Numbered from the stretch's first letter, positions 27,197-39,231 are shown. The stretch: 64,000 bases of DNA from Octopus sinensis (GCF_006345805.1 NC_043005.1:91760001-91824000), one strand, 5' to 3'. The notes: generated by a model not told the origin, from the letters alone. Program-made: numbers and translations.

Positions 27197-30193
27197 GATT
27201 GATTGATTGATTGATTGATTCCAGTTTCAGCTCATGAGCTGTGGCCATGCTGGGGCACCGCCATTTGGTGTTGCTACTTGGTTTCACTTCATGGAGGCTT
27301 TCTAGCAACTGCTATTTGGTGCATGAGAGAGTTCGATGCAGCTGCCCTCATCTGCCCCTCCTGCCGTGAAGTTGGTTCATCTGGGACACCTGACAGGAAG
27401 AGATCCAGCTCCATTTTAAAGACATCTGTATCCACCCCATGCAGGTCTCTCAGGTTCATCGGGAGGATATTGAAGAGCTGTGGGCTATCACAGAATCTTG
27501 TCCTACATCTTGATGGCAAGTTTGGAGTCCTAGGCACCACGCAGTGGCGCCCAGTTCTGGCGTTTGCGTAACTCTCGATGCCAAAGTTCAGGACACTTCC
27601 CTCCATGATCTTCCAGATGTATATTTATGGCATATCTTTCCCGCCTACGCTCCAGGGAATATAATTTTAATATCTTGAGTCTTTCCCAGTAGCTTACATT
27701 CTGCATAGAGGCTATCTTCTTCGTGTAGCTTCGTTGGATCGCCTCAAGTTCTGTGATCAACTTGACACTGGATGGTGACCATAGCTGAGAGCAATAGTCA
27801 AAGTGACTTAGGACAAGTGTCTTTCAGAGGACCATCATGGTTTCTTGTTCTCTTGTTCTAAAGGTTCTAAGAATCCATCCAGCCAGGCGTCTGCATTTCA
27901 CTGTCAGTTTAGCAACATGTACATGAAAGGTCGCGTCATCACTCATGTGAATACCCAGGTCACGCACTGATTGTGCCTCTGGGATTGCAATCCCTCCGGG
28001 TCCAGTGTATTCCTTGGGTATTGCATTCAGTTTTGCATGCTGATAGCATAAAGCTTGAAACTTTTCAGCATTGAACTGCATGCTATTCTTTTCAGCCCAC
28101 TTGTAAATTTCGTCCAGCTCATATTGCAGGTGCCTAGTGTCTTCAGGGTTCTGTATTGCCTGTGAAACTTTTGTATCATCTGCATAACTTGTGATCGTGG
28201 CTCTCCGCGTGGCTGAGGGCATGTCTGAGAGGGCCATTATGAACAGTAGTGGTCCCAAAACAGTGCCCTGTGGAACACCGCTCACTATTTGCGTGCTAAT
28301 GGAAGTGGCCCCAGTCGTGAAGCCATTCTCCTAGTTTTCCAACTATGCCAAGATCACGCAGTTTGTGACATATCATTCCATGATCGACTTTATCGAAGGC
28401 CTTTGCGAAGTCGAGATATATGACTTCCACATTTGAGTGGTTGAGCAGTTGTTTCAGCACCCAGTCATAGTGCTGCAGAGCTGAGAGTTAAGCAGCTTCT
28501 TCCTGGTCGGAAAACATGTTGGGTGTCAGGCAGCAAGTCATTTTCTTCAAGGAAGGTGATTAGTTTCCTTCTGACTATTCGTTCCATGACCTTGCTGATG
28601 TGTGAGGTCAGAGAGATAGGTCTGTAGTTCTTGGCCTCCGCTCTGCTACCTCCTTTATGAATAGGGATATTTACGTTCCTTCAGTTTTCTTGGAAGTTTG
28701 CCAGCTGCAAGGAAGCTCTGAAAGAGGAACTGCAGTGGTCTTGCTAAGACTCTCTTACATACTTTTAGGAGGATTGCCGGGAATCCATCGGGGCCAATAG
28801 CTGAGTCTATTTTCATTTCATCTATAGCCTTTATTACATCATCTTCCTTTATATCGATGTAATTTAACGTCGCCGCCTCTGATTCTATATCTGCAGTGGT
28901 AAAAAAGTCAGTTGGATTGCTGATTTGGAAATGCCCAAGGGGTGGAGTGAAAACACTCTTGAATTGTTCATTCAGTATTTCACTTACCCTCATTGGTTTT
29001 CCTGTGAGTGTGCCATCCTTTTCAAGGAGTGGTCCTATCCTACAGTGCACCGTAGCTGTTTCTTTGGCATACCTGTAGAAAGCTCTGGGGTTAGTTTTTA
29101 TGTTGTCTATAGCCCAGGCTTCTTTGTCTGCTCTTTCCTTCTCATGGGAGAGTTGCAGACAATTTTCAATTTCCAACAGTTTTATTTTCAGGCGGGACTT
29201 TTCACTGCTTTCAATTTGTTTGTTTAGGCGATTTGAGATTTTTGTGCGCCGTCTCATTAAAATTTTTCTCTCTCTGGGGATTTTGTTCTTGTGTACAGTG
29301 GCCTTTCTCTCTGGGACACATTTGTAGCATATGGCTTGCATTACAGACATGAATTGTTGAAGTATCATGTCGATGTCCGGCGAGGAGAGACATTCAGGCC
29401 AGTTTTGTTTGAGGATCTCTTTCTCAATTTGTTTCCAGTTTGCCTTATTGAAGTTCAAGCTGGAAAGAGTCTGAGGGTTTCTTGTAGGCTGCATGTCCGT
29501 GCTCTCTTTTGGCCCGTACATGTTGTGATCCGAGAGTAGTGTCGGTGTCACTTTCACATTATGGATGAGATCCATATTATTTGTGAAGCAGAGATCTAGT
29601 GTGTTACCCGCTCTGGTTGGTTGGAGTATTACTTGCTCCATGTACAGGGTGTTGGTGAGGTTCAGGAGGGACCTCGCCTGTCCTCGTTCACATCTTGTCA
29701 TTCCTGGGAGGAGAAAGGCCCTCGGGCCATCTGACATTCGGTAGATTGAAGTCTCCCATGAGAAGTACACTTATGTGTTGTTCTAATGTAGTTAGAACTT
29801 CTTCTATTTTTAAAAGGCAGTCCTCAAACTTGCCCATATGACTTGGGGCATCTGGAGGGCGATATGTAGTAGCACACACAAACATCAAGTTGCCTTATGT
29901 GTACAATTAGTGTGTCACACACCGAGTTTGAGTATGACAAAAGGACCTGGGGTGTGAGGTCCCCACGGATGTGTACATAGCAACTCCTCCATGACTTCTT
30001 TCTTTCCTGTCGGTCCGTAGTACAACATACTGTGGTATGTGTAATTCCGCATCTGCTATGTCCGGTTTCAGATGCGTTTCTGTGAGTGCTATGCATAAGG
30101 CTTGATTGCATGCGACAAAGTCTCTCAGGAACGGGACTTTTGTCCTGTTACTGTGTGTTAGTAGTCCTCTGATGTTCAGTAGGAGCATCGAGG
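27197..30193 (-). mobile_element. CR1-clade LINE (family B): near full-length ORF2 (APE endonuclease + RT), decayed
   Basis: MLLLNIRGL...ALTETHL, LMGDFNLP, GNTLDLCFTN, LSDHN (APE); NYRPISLT, DFAKAFDKVDH, SGVPQGTVLGPLLF, YADDTKV (RT); 3' tail (AATC)n at 27197-27220. Confidence 0.92.
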
Positions 30194-30306
30194 TGTATAT
30201 ATGTATATATATGTGTATATATATATATATGTATATATATGTGTATATATATATGTGTATATATATATATGTGTGTATATATATATGTGTATATATATAT
30301 GTATAT

Positions 30307-30340
<34 letters not shown>

Positions 30341-30409
30341 ATGTGTATATATATATATGTATATATATGTGTATATATATGTGTATATATATATATATGT
30401 ATATATATG

Positions 30410-30454
<45 letters not shown>

Positions 30455-30510
30455 GTATATATATACATATGTATATTATATATATGTATATATATATGTA
30501 TATATATATG

Positions 30511-30543
<33 letters not shown>

Positions 30544-30663
30544 GTATTATATAATATATATTTATAATATATATATATGTATATATATGTATATATATGT
30601 ATATATATGTATATATATGTATATATGTATGTATATATATATATGTGTATATATATATATTAT

Positions 30664-30696
<33 letters not shown>

Positions 30697-30723
30697 TGTA
30701 TATATATATATATATATATATAG

Positions 30724-30780
<57 letters not shown>

Positions 30781-30790
30781 TTCTATATAT

Positions 30791-30872
<82 letters not shown>

Positions 30873-30876
30873 TATT

Positions 30877-30967
<91 letters not shown>

Positions 30968-31053
30968 GTGTATATATATATATATATATATGTTTATGTA
31001 TATATATATATATAATTTATATATATGTGTATTATATATATATATATATATAA

Positions 31054-31086
<33 letters not shown>

Positions 31087-31203
31087 GTGTAATATATATA
31101 TATATATATAATATATGTGATATATATATTATATATTATATATATGTGTATATATATTATATTATATATATATGTGTATACTATATATATATATATATAT
31201 GCA
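30194..31203. repeat. (TA)n/(TATG)n array
   Basis: Direct inspection. Confidence 0.95.
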
Positions 31204-31204
31204 T

Positions 31205-31392
31205 ATCATCATCATCATCATCATTTAGCGTCCGCTTTCCATGCTAGCATGGGTTGGACGGGTCAACTGGGGTCTGTGAAGCTGGAAGGCTTCGTTAGGC
31301 CCAGTCAGATCTGGCAGTGTTTCTACGGCTGTATGCCTTCCTAACGCCAAACCACTCGCGAGTGTAGTGGGTGTTTTTTATGTGCCACCTGC
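31205..31392 (-). mobile_element. RTE-A 3' end fragment
   Basis: (CAT)n followed by the reverse complement of the 25680-25837 terminus. Confidence 0.8.
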
Positions 31393-31399
31393 ACATATA

Positions 31400-31444
<45 letters not shown>

Positions 31445-31539
31445 AATGTGTGAAGGGGAAAAAGGAACACACGAGTTGATATATATGAAAAAACAAGTCA
31501 AAAATAGAAAATGCTAAAATAATTTTATAGTGAACATTT

Positions 31540-31577
31540 CAGTACCGGTTTCGGTCATTTTGAGACCTTTTCAACTG
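31540..31577 (-). ncRNA. Minimal hammerhead ribozyme, U3-A8 core variant
   Basis: CAG-TTGAAAA-GGTC tcaaaat GACC-GAAAC CG GTA-CTG; perfect stem II, ACCGGT palindromic helix III. Confidence 0.7.
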
Positions 31578-31884
31578 TAACGATTAAATAATTAAATTTA
31601 GAAAAATTAGAAGAAAAGTTTTTTTAAAGGAATATTTCTATAGTAGTGTTCAGATATAAGTGGCATTCTGCCTTTCTCTGACTCCCTTGTTTGCACTTGT
31701 GTGTTTGAGGTCGTTGTGAGTTCTTGGTAGGGTAGTAGAGGAAGAGGGCTGGTGAGGAAAGGGGGGTGGGAGAATCTGGGAGTGCCCTGATGGTCGTATT
31801 TTGAATGGTCAGTGGCGGCTGGCAGTCTCAGTTCAATTCAGGAGTGATGATGATGACGACGATGATGATGATAATGATGATGAT

Positions 31885-31915
<31 letters not shown>

Positions 31916-32099
31916 GAGAAAAAAACAGAGAAGGGAGAATATGAATGGGTGTAAATATAGCTATGAAGGGGCTGATTAGTAATGGATTCTATGGAGTGTA
32001 ATATTTGTGTGTGTATATATATTTTTCTTTTATTCTAAAGTTGAGGTATATTAATTGTTTGTCGTAGACCAGGATATTCATCCTGGTGTGTCTGGGGTG

Positions 32100-33060
32100 A
32101 CATAAACATCCAATTCACGATGGAATATAGCCAACAACAACTCCCCTTCCTGGATATCCTCTTTAAGAAAGCTAATAATATAATAGAAACAGACATATAC
32201 TATAAGCCTACAGACTCTAAGCAATATCTTCCATTCAATTCATGCCACCCCAGACACACCAGGATGAATATCCCCTTCAATCTAGCAAAAAGGATATGCA
32301 CTATAGTCTCTAACGCAAACACCAGAGACACACGACTACAAGAACTAAAAGATACCCTAATCACCAGGAACTATCCACCTTCACTCATTGACAAGTGCAT
32401 TCAACTTAACATCAAGGAACTGAGACATCCCAAATCCAAGAAAAACTTACAACCAAAAGCCTTACCATACATCTCCACACACAACCCTCTCAATAACGAA
32501 GCCTTCGACACCATCCTCCACAACATACCCCTCCTAAAAAAAGACCACAGAATGAACACAATCCTCCAAACACACACGATCATAAAAAGCAAAAGACAGC
32601 CTAGATCCATGAAAAGTCTCCTTACACAAGCCCGAATTCACTCTTCAACACAGAAGCCGACAGTAAAAAAATGTGGAAGACCCAATTGCGGGATATGCGA
32701 CTATCTTATTGAGGGATCAGAGTTCTCCTTCAAACAGGGACAACGGTTTACAGTGAAAAGCAACTTCACATGTGCTTCGGAGAACCTAATATACTCACTA
32801 ACCTGCTCCGGGTGTCAAGAGCAGTACATAGGCCAAACAAAAAATGGTTTGCGTAAACGAATGGCCCTGCACAGATCCCAGATAAAAATTCCCCAAAACA
32901 GAAAAATAGCTTTTAGCCAACACATAGATACTTGCGCCAACAAAAAAAACCCAAACTTCAGAATTTTCCCCCTCTACCAATTAGGGACGATACAACCTCG
33001 AGACAACGAATAAGTAAAGAAAATCTCTTTATTACAAAATACAAGCCACTTCTTAACGGG
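32100..33060 (+). pseudogene. PLE RT C-terminus, Cys-rich linker and GIY-YIG endonuclease
   Basis: ORF 32120-33013: QLPFLD, YYKPTDSKQYL...SCHP, CGRPNCGIC, NLIYSLTCSGCQEQYIGQT...RMALHRS; frameshift near the C-terminus. Confidence 0.92.
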
Positions 33061-33211
33061 TCTACGACAACAATTAATATACCTCAACTTAGAATAAAAA
33101 AAAAATATATATACACACACAAATATTACACTCCATAGAATCCATTACTAATCAGCCCCTTCATAGCTATATTTACACCTATTCATATTCTCCCTTCTCT
33201 GTTTTTTTTTC

Positions 33212-33242
<31 letters not shown>

Positions 33243-33703
33243 ATCATCATCATTATCATCATCATCGTCGTCATCATCATCACCACCATCATCACCACCA
33301 CTCTTCTCCTTCTCCTTCCTTCTTCTTCTTCTTCTTCTTCTTCTTCTTCTTCTTCTTCTACTTCTCCACCCCCTACCCTTAACTTTGTCACTAATGTTTT
33401 TTAGTATAACACCTATGCTAATTCTATAACAAGCCTGTCAATATAATATTCTCCTCCTGAATTGAACTGAGACTGCCAGCCGCCACTGACCATTCAAAAT
33501 ACGACCATCAGGGCACTCCCAGATTCTCCCATCCCCCTTTCCTCACCAGCCCTCTTCCTCTACTACCCTACCAAGAACTCACAAGTGCAAACAAGGGAGT
33601 CAGAGAAAGGCAGAATACCACTTATATCTGAACACTACTATAGAAATATTCCTTTAAAAAAACTTTTCTTCTAATTTTTCTAAATTTAATTATTTAATCA
33701 TTA

Positions 33704-33740
33704 CAGTTGAAAAGGTCTCAAAATGACCGAAACCGTACTG
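33704..33740 (+). ncRNA. Minimal hammerhead ribozyme, U3-A8 core variant (sense copy)
   Basis: CAG-TTGAAAA-GGTC tcaaaat GACC-GAAAC C GTA-CTG. Confidence 0.65.
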
Positions 33741-33789
33741 AAATGTTCACTATAAAATTATTTTAGCATTTTCTATTTTTGACTTGTTT

Positions 33790-33850
<61 letters not shown>

Positions 33851-33856
33851 TATATG

Positions 33857-33890
<34 letters not shown>

Positions 33891-33924
33891 TATATATATT
33901 ATATATATATATATATGATAGATG

Positions 33925-34075
33925 TAGGCATTGGCTGTGTGGTTAAGAACTTCACAACTATATAGTTTCAGGTTCAATCCCACTGTGTAGCATCTTGAGT
34001 ATCTTCTGCTCTCTTGCTGACAAATATCTGGTTAGTGAATTTGGTGGATGAAAACTGCAGGAATCCTGGAACACA
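33925..34075 (+). mobile_element. tRNA-derived SINE head (abundant family)
   Basis: TGGCTGTGTGGTTAAG A-box and GGTTCAATCCC B-box; related copies at ~0.24, 38.3 (-), 43.6 (-), 53.6 (-), 58.0 (-), 61.35 and 63.3 (-) kb. Confidence 0.6.
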
Positions 34076-34238
34076 CACACACACATGCATATATATATAA
34101 TTCATTTTTAATAACTGAACTTACAGTAGCTAAAGCTATAAATATTAACCTTTAACCATTGAGTATGTATGCAAGTATGGTGTATGTACATATGTGTGAG
34201 TATATGTGTGCAATGGGGCATGAATGTTGTTATTTCAG

Positions 34239-34332
34239 ACATGCTTGGTTGAAGCAATGATGTTGACAAAACGACCAATTCCTCTATACTTCTGAAGATA
34301 TCTTTACAAAAATTCCTTATCTTGAAAAATGG
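34239..34332 (+). other. Candidate internal exon, coding status unclear
   Basis: GTTGTTATTTCAG| acceptor and TGG|GTAAGG donor; all three frames contain a stop from this acceptor, but the 3' halves of two frames join in frame to 39107. Confidence 0.3.
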
Positions 34333-34481
34333 GTAAGGATGACTAAGAGTGTCTGTAGAAAACCTACAGAGTCTGGCCAAGAAAAACCTATAGTATGATA
34401 GGGGAAGATGGATTTTGAATCAAAGAATGAATACACACAGATACAAGTACACACATGTATGTATATGTGTGTGTGTGTGTA

Positions 34482-34512
<31 letters not shown>

Positions 34513-34529
34513 TATGTGTGTGTGTGTGT

Positions 34530-34910
34530 GGAGGTGCAATGGCACAGTAGTTAGGGCAGCAGACTTGCGGTTGTAGGATCATAATTTCGATTCCTAGACC
34601 GGGTGTTGTGAGCATTTATTGAGCGAAAATACCTAAAGTTACATGAGGCTCCGGCAGGGGTTGGTAGTGAACCCTACTATGCTCTTTTATCACAACTTTC
34701 ACTTTTTCTTCCTGTTTCTGTTGTACCTGTATTTTGATGGACCATCCTTGTCACCCTATGTGTCACGCTGAATCTCCCCAAGAACTGCGTTAAGGGTACA
34801 TGTGTCTGTGGAGTGCTCAGCCACTTGCACATTAATTTCATGAGTAGGCTGTTCCATTGATTGGATCAACTGGAACCTTTGTCGTCATTACTGACGGAGT
34901 GCCACGATAT
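34530..34910 (+). mobile_element. tRNA-derived SINE (head shared with 59658)
   Basis: GGAGGTGCAATGGCACAGTAGTTAGGG A-box, TTTCGATTCC B-box; first ~175 bp homologous to 59658-59830. Confidence 0.7.
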
Positions 34911-35305
34911 ATACACACACATACACATGGTGTGTTTACATCCCTGTGACTTAACAGTTTGGCAAAGAGACCGGTAGAATAAGTACTGGGCTTTAAAAAT
35001 AAGTCTTAGAGGTGATTTGTTCAATTAAGATCCTTCAAAGTGGTGCCCCAGCGTGGCCATAATCTAGTGACTGAAACAAGCAAAAGATAAAAGATCATCA
35101 TTTAACGTCCGTTGACAATGCTGGCATGGGTTAGAAGGTGTTACCAGAGCTGGTAAGATCTGTGCCATGGTTTCTACAGTTGGATACCCTTCCTAATGCC
35201 AGCCACTTTATAGAGTGTGATGCATGCTTTTACATGGCAGCACATGCACACTTTTATGTGGCACTGTATGGATGCTTTTATGTAATGCTGTAAGACTGTG
35301 GTGTC

Positions 35306-36232
35306 TTTTTTACACCATGGCCACTTGTTTTTACATCATGACCACTCGTTTTACACCATGACCACTCGTTTTACATCATGGCCACTTGTTTTTACACCAT
35401 GGCCACTCGTTTTACACCATGGCCACTCGTTTTACATCATGGCCACTTGTTTTTACACCATGGCCACTCGTTTTACACCATGGACACTCGTTTTACATCA
35501 TGGCCACTTGTTTTTACACCATGGCCACTCGTTTTACATCATGGCCACTTGTTTTTACACCATGGACACTCGCTTTACACCATGGACACTCGCTTTACAC
35601 CATGGCCACTCATTTTACACCATGGCCACTCGTTTTACATCATGGCCACTCGTTTTACATCATTGCCACTTGTTTTTACACCATGGCCACTCGTTTTACA
35701 TCATGGCCACTTGTTTTACATCATGGCCAATTGTTTTTACACCATGGCCACTCGTTTTACACCATGGCCACTCGTTTTACATCATGGCCACTCGTTTTAC
35801 ACCATGGCAACTCGCTTTACATCATAGCCACTTGTTTTTACACCATGGCCACTCGTTTTACACCATGGACACTCATTTTACATCATGGCTACTTGTTTTT
35901 ACACCATGGCCACTCGTTTTACACCATGGCCACTTGTTTTTACACCATGGACACTCGCTTTACACCATGGCCACTCATTTTACACCATGGCCACTCGTTT
36001 TACATCATGGCCACTCGTTTTACATCATTGCCACTTGTTTTTACACCATGGCCACTCGTTTTACATCATGGCCACTTGTTTTACATCATGGCCAATTGTT
36101 TTTACACCATGGCCACTCGTTTTACACCATGGCCACTCGTTTTACACCATGGACACTCGTTTTACACCATGGCCACTCGTTTTACATCATGGCCCCTTTT
36201 TTTTACACCATGGCCACCCGTTTTACACCATG
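35306..36232. repeat. Minisatellite, 20-21 bp unit TTTTACA(C/T)CATGGCCACT(C/T)G, ~45 copies
   Basis: Direct inspection; rare variants recur at a 365-bp period. Confidence 0.95.
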
Positions 36233-37393
36233 TCCTCTTAGTCTAGGAGAGAGAGAGAGAGAGAGAGAGAGACAACAGGGTAATGGCATTAGTAGGAGAG
36301 TTTGTGAAGATGAACGGGGAGAGTGAAGTATCAGAATAAAACTGGAGACACTAAGCCCCACCACCAGGCCACATATCTCCCCCTTACACCAGCATATTAT
36401 CGTCACAAGCTGCCCCCCCCCCCGGCTATGTTTCTCCTCCTTGAACACCAACTCATTATACACTTCATAGTTTACATACACAACCTACACATCTATAACT
36501 TCACATCATCTAAATATATCACGCATGCTCGTATGCGTGCACACACACACACACACACACACCACACACACACACACACACCAGTGCATAAACATTACTG
36601 ACTTCACAAATACTCACTACACACACACACACACACACAGACTCCTATCAATATTCAGATATACAATTGTTTATACCTGCATACACAGTACTTCTGTGCA
36701 TCCTCTCACACCTGTCACCCTTCCTTTCCTCTCAACCTCTTCCCTTGTTACCATCTCTCCCTTCTCTCTCTAATACTTTCCCCTATTTGCTTGTACCACC
36801 ACTTAATCTGCAACGCCCCTGCCTCCTCTTGGTGCTACCTTGTTCATCTTCTATACTTCCAATCTAACAGTCAACCAAACATTCTGCAGAATGTCAAAAA
36901 TTAATCAAATGCTTTAAACAGGTACCATTTCTTTTCTTGTTCCTTGTTCATTTCTTTCTTACTCTACTTTGATAAAGGGTTCACTTGAACGTCACTCTAT
37001 CTCTTTCCCTTTTTTGTGTTTGTACAATTCTCTGTGCACAACCTTCAAGGTTTCTTTATTGTGCTTACAGTTTGTCTATTCATCATCTTTTCAATTTTTG
37101 TCTATCTTCTGTAGCCTCTCACATTGTCCAAATGCCCATCTCTTTTTCCCCTTAATCTCTTTGTGCTATTTTACCCACCCATCCATCCATCCATCCATCC
37201 ATCCATCCATCCATGTGGGTGTAGTTGTGTGTTAAGACGTTTGTGCATGTCTGTGTGCTTGGCAAGAAACTTGAAACATTTATTCAAACTGCCATTCATT
37301 TATCTATTTACTTGTCTATGTATCCAATCATGTATTGATCTGTTCACCCATCCATTTAATCTCATGATCATATATATATATATATATTATATA

Positions 37394-37428
<35 letters not shown>

Positions 37429-38034
37429 CGCATACATACATTACACATGTACACATGCACACACATGGAGGATGGATAGATAAATCCCTATTGGTTTTGG
37501 TGATGAGGATTCAGTTGTTTGATCGGCTGTAATCCCTGCCCCCCTGAATTAACATGTAAGTAGTAACATGTGAGTATTCCATGGACATGTATATCCCAAA
37601 TGTAATTCTCCCTCAGAATTAGCAGAGGACAAAGCTGTACCTTCACATTGTAGACACAATCCACCCAACAGACATCCACACAATTTCCATCTGCTCATAT
37701 TCACTCATAATAAATGGATAGGTTAACCTGTGGCTGTTGAAAAATGACATTTGACCAAGAGGCCTTGCAGTGAGATCTGTCTCAAAGACTTTGTGGTTGT
37801 AGAGCAAACTTCTGAACCATTCTGTCACCCTGTGGTTATGTGTGAGTGTGTGTATAAATTCGGTGTGTGTTGCGTTCCGTTACTTGATAATGAAAAAAAT
37901 GTATGGTAAATAAGCATATGACAATGAATACTGAGTGTAAAACTGGACAGGGGACAAACAGAGAAGGTCCCTAATTCTTCACCAGTTATCATCATTCTGG
38001 TTTTACACTCAGCATACATTATGTCGTATTCTTT

Positions 38035-38365
38035 CTTTTCTTTTTTTTTACTTGTTTCAGTCATTAGACTGCAGCCATGCTGGAGCACTGCCTTTAGTTG
38101 AACAAATCGACTCCCTGGACTTATTCTTTGTAAGCCTGGTACTTATTTTGTCGGTCTCTTTTGCCGAACTGCTAAGTGATGGGGACGTAAACACACCAAC
38201 ATCGGTTGTCAAGCAATGGAGTGGGGACAAACACAGACACTCATATATATACAAAATGAGCTGCTTTCTGTTTCCGTCTACCAAATCCACTCACAAGGCT
38301 TTGGTCAGCCTGAGGCTATAGTGGAAGACACTTGCCCAAGGTGCCATGCAGTGGGACTGAACCTG
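38035..38365 (-). mobile_element. tRNA-derived SINE with CR1-like 3' tail
   Basis: Reverse complement of the head (GTTCAGTCCCACTGCATGGCACCTTGGGCAAGTGTC) and tail (GGCAGTGCTCCAGCATGGCTGCAGTCTAATGACTGAAAC). Confidence 0.7.
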
Positions 38366-39106
38366 GAACTGTTTACTTACTATACATTTTTTTCATTTAT
38401 TATATATATATAGTTTGTTACATCACTCATCTTACTACTTCCTTTCATTCCGAAACATTTTAACCTCCTTTTCTAATTTCTTCACAAATTCAATTGTAGC
38501 ACTTTTGTCTATGTTGACTTGTTAAAATATTCTTATTATATTTAACTTTGAGTTTAAATCAGATTATCTAAGCCTGTTTATTTCTTAACATCAGTATTTG
38601 AATAAGAAATAGCTAGTGCATCAGAACAAGAGCTAAGTTTTTGTTCAGCTAAATCTGTTCTGCTGTTTCAATTTCTGAGTTTAGCTATTTCATCTCATTT
38701 TGTCACACATTCTATTTCGACATGTCTAAAATATAATCTACATTTCTTACATCCTTTTTCAAATGCCAATTATTTTTTAAACTCTGCAAAAAGGCTCAGT
38801 ATTGTAGTAGGGAAGTGAACAGTGTGAATTAATGCCTTTCTGAAAAGCATTACCATTGTAAAAGAAAAGAAATATTTTCAGCTGTAGAATGAAATAACTT
38901 CCCAGTTGTTTACCATTTGTTTTTGTTTTACAAAATTCGCCAGGGGCCTCAGTAATATCATAAACTAAAGATTCTGTGTGAAGAAAGTCTAAATTATTTA
39001 AAAATAGTTGTATTGTCATCTTGAAAATATATAAAACTAAAATACTATCCAAATGATTACAAATCCTTGCTAAAATCTGATTCTGGAATATTTTTTTTAA
39101 TTACAG

Positions 39107-39231
39107 GCAATTGAAATGGCTATCTGGAGACTGGACTCATGGGAAACTTCGTCCCAGAGGTCTAACCAGAAGAGCCTCTGGTTCAGACTTGATCCGGTCA
39201 GTTTTGGTGAAATCTGTTACTCCTGCACCTG
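39107..39231 (+). CDS. Candidate internal coding exon (125 nt) of an unidentified gene
   Basis: TTTTTTTTAATTACAG| acceptor, CTG|GTAAGT donor; two open frames: (x)QLKWLSGDWTHGKLRPRGLTRRASGSDLIRSVLVKSVTPAP or AIEMAIWRLDSWETSSQRSNQKSLWFRLDPVSFGEICYSCT. Confidence 0.55.

Larger units (their letters stand above)
31449..33794 (+). mobile_element. 5'-truncated Penelope-like element with an inverted upstream pseudo-LTR
   Basis: 31486-32070 is the inverted copy of 33058-33794; RT/GIY-YIG ORF between them; hammerhead in both copies. Confidence 0.92.

Noticed and set aside
35306-36232. CRISPR-like regular repeats
   Set aside because: Contiguous tandem units with no unique spacers, eukaryotic context and no cas genes
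35298-36326. Three overlapping long ORFs (342, 149, 286 aa)
   Set aside because: The minisatellite unit has no stop codons on the + strand; no coding evidence
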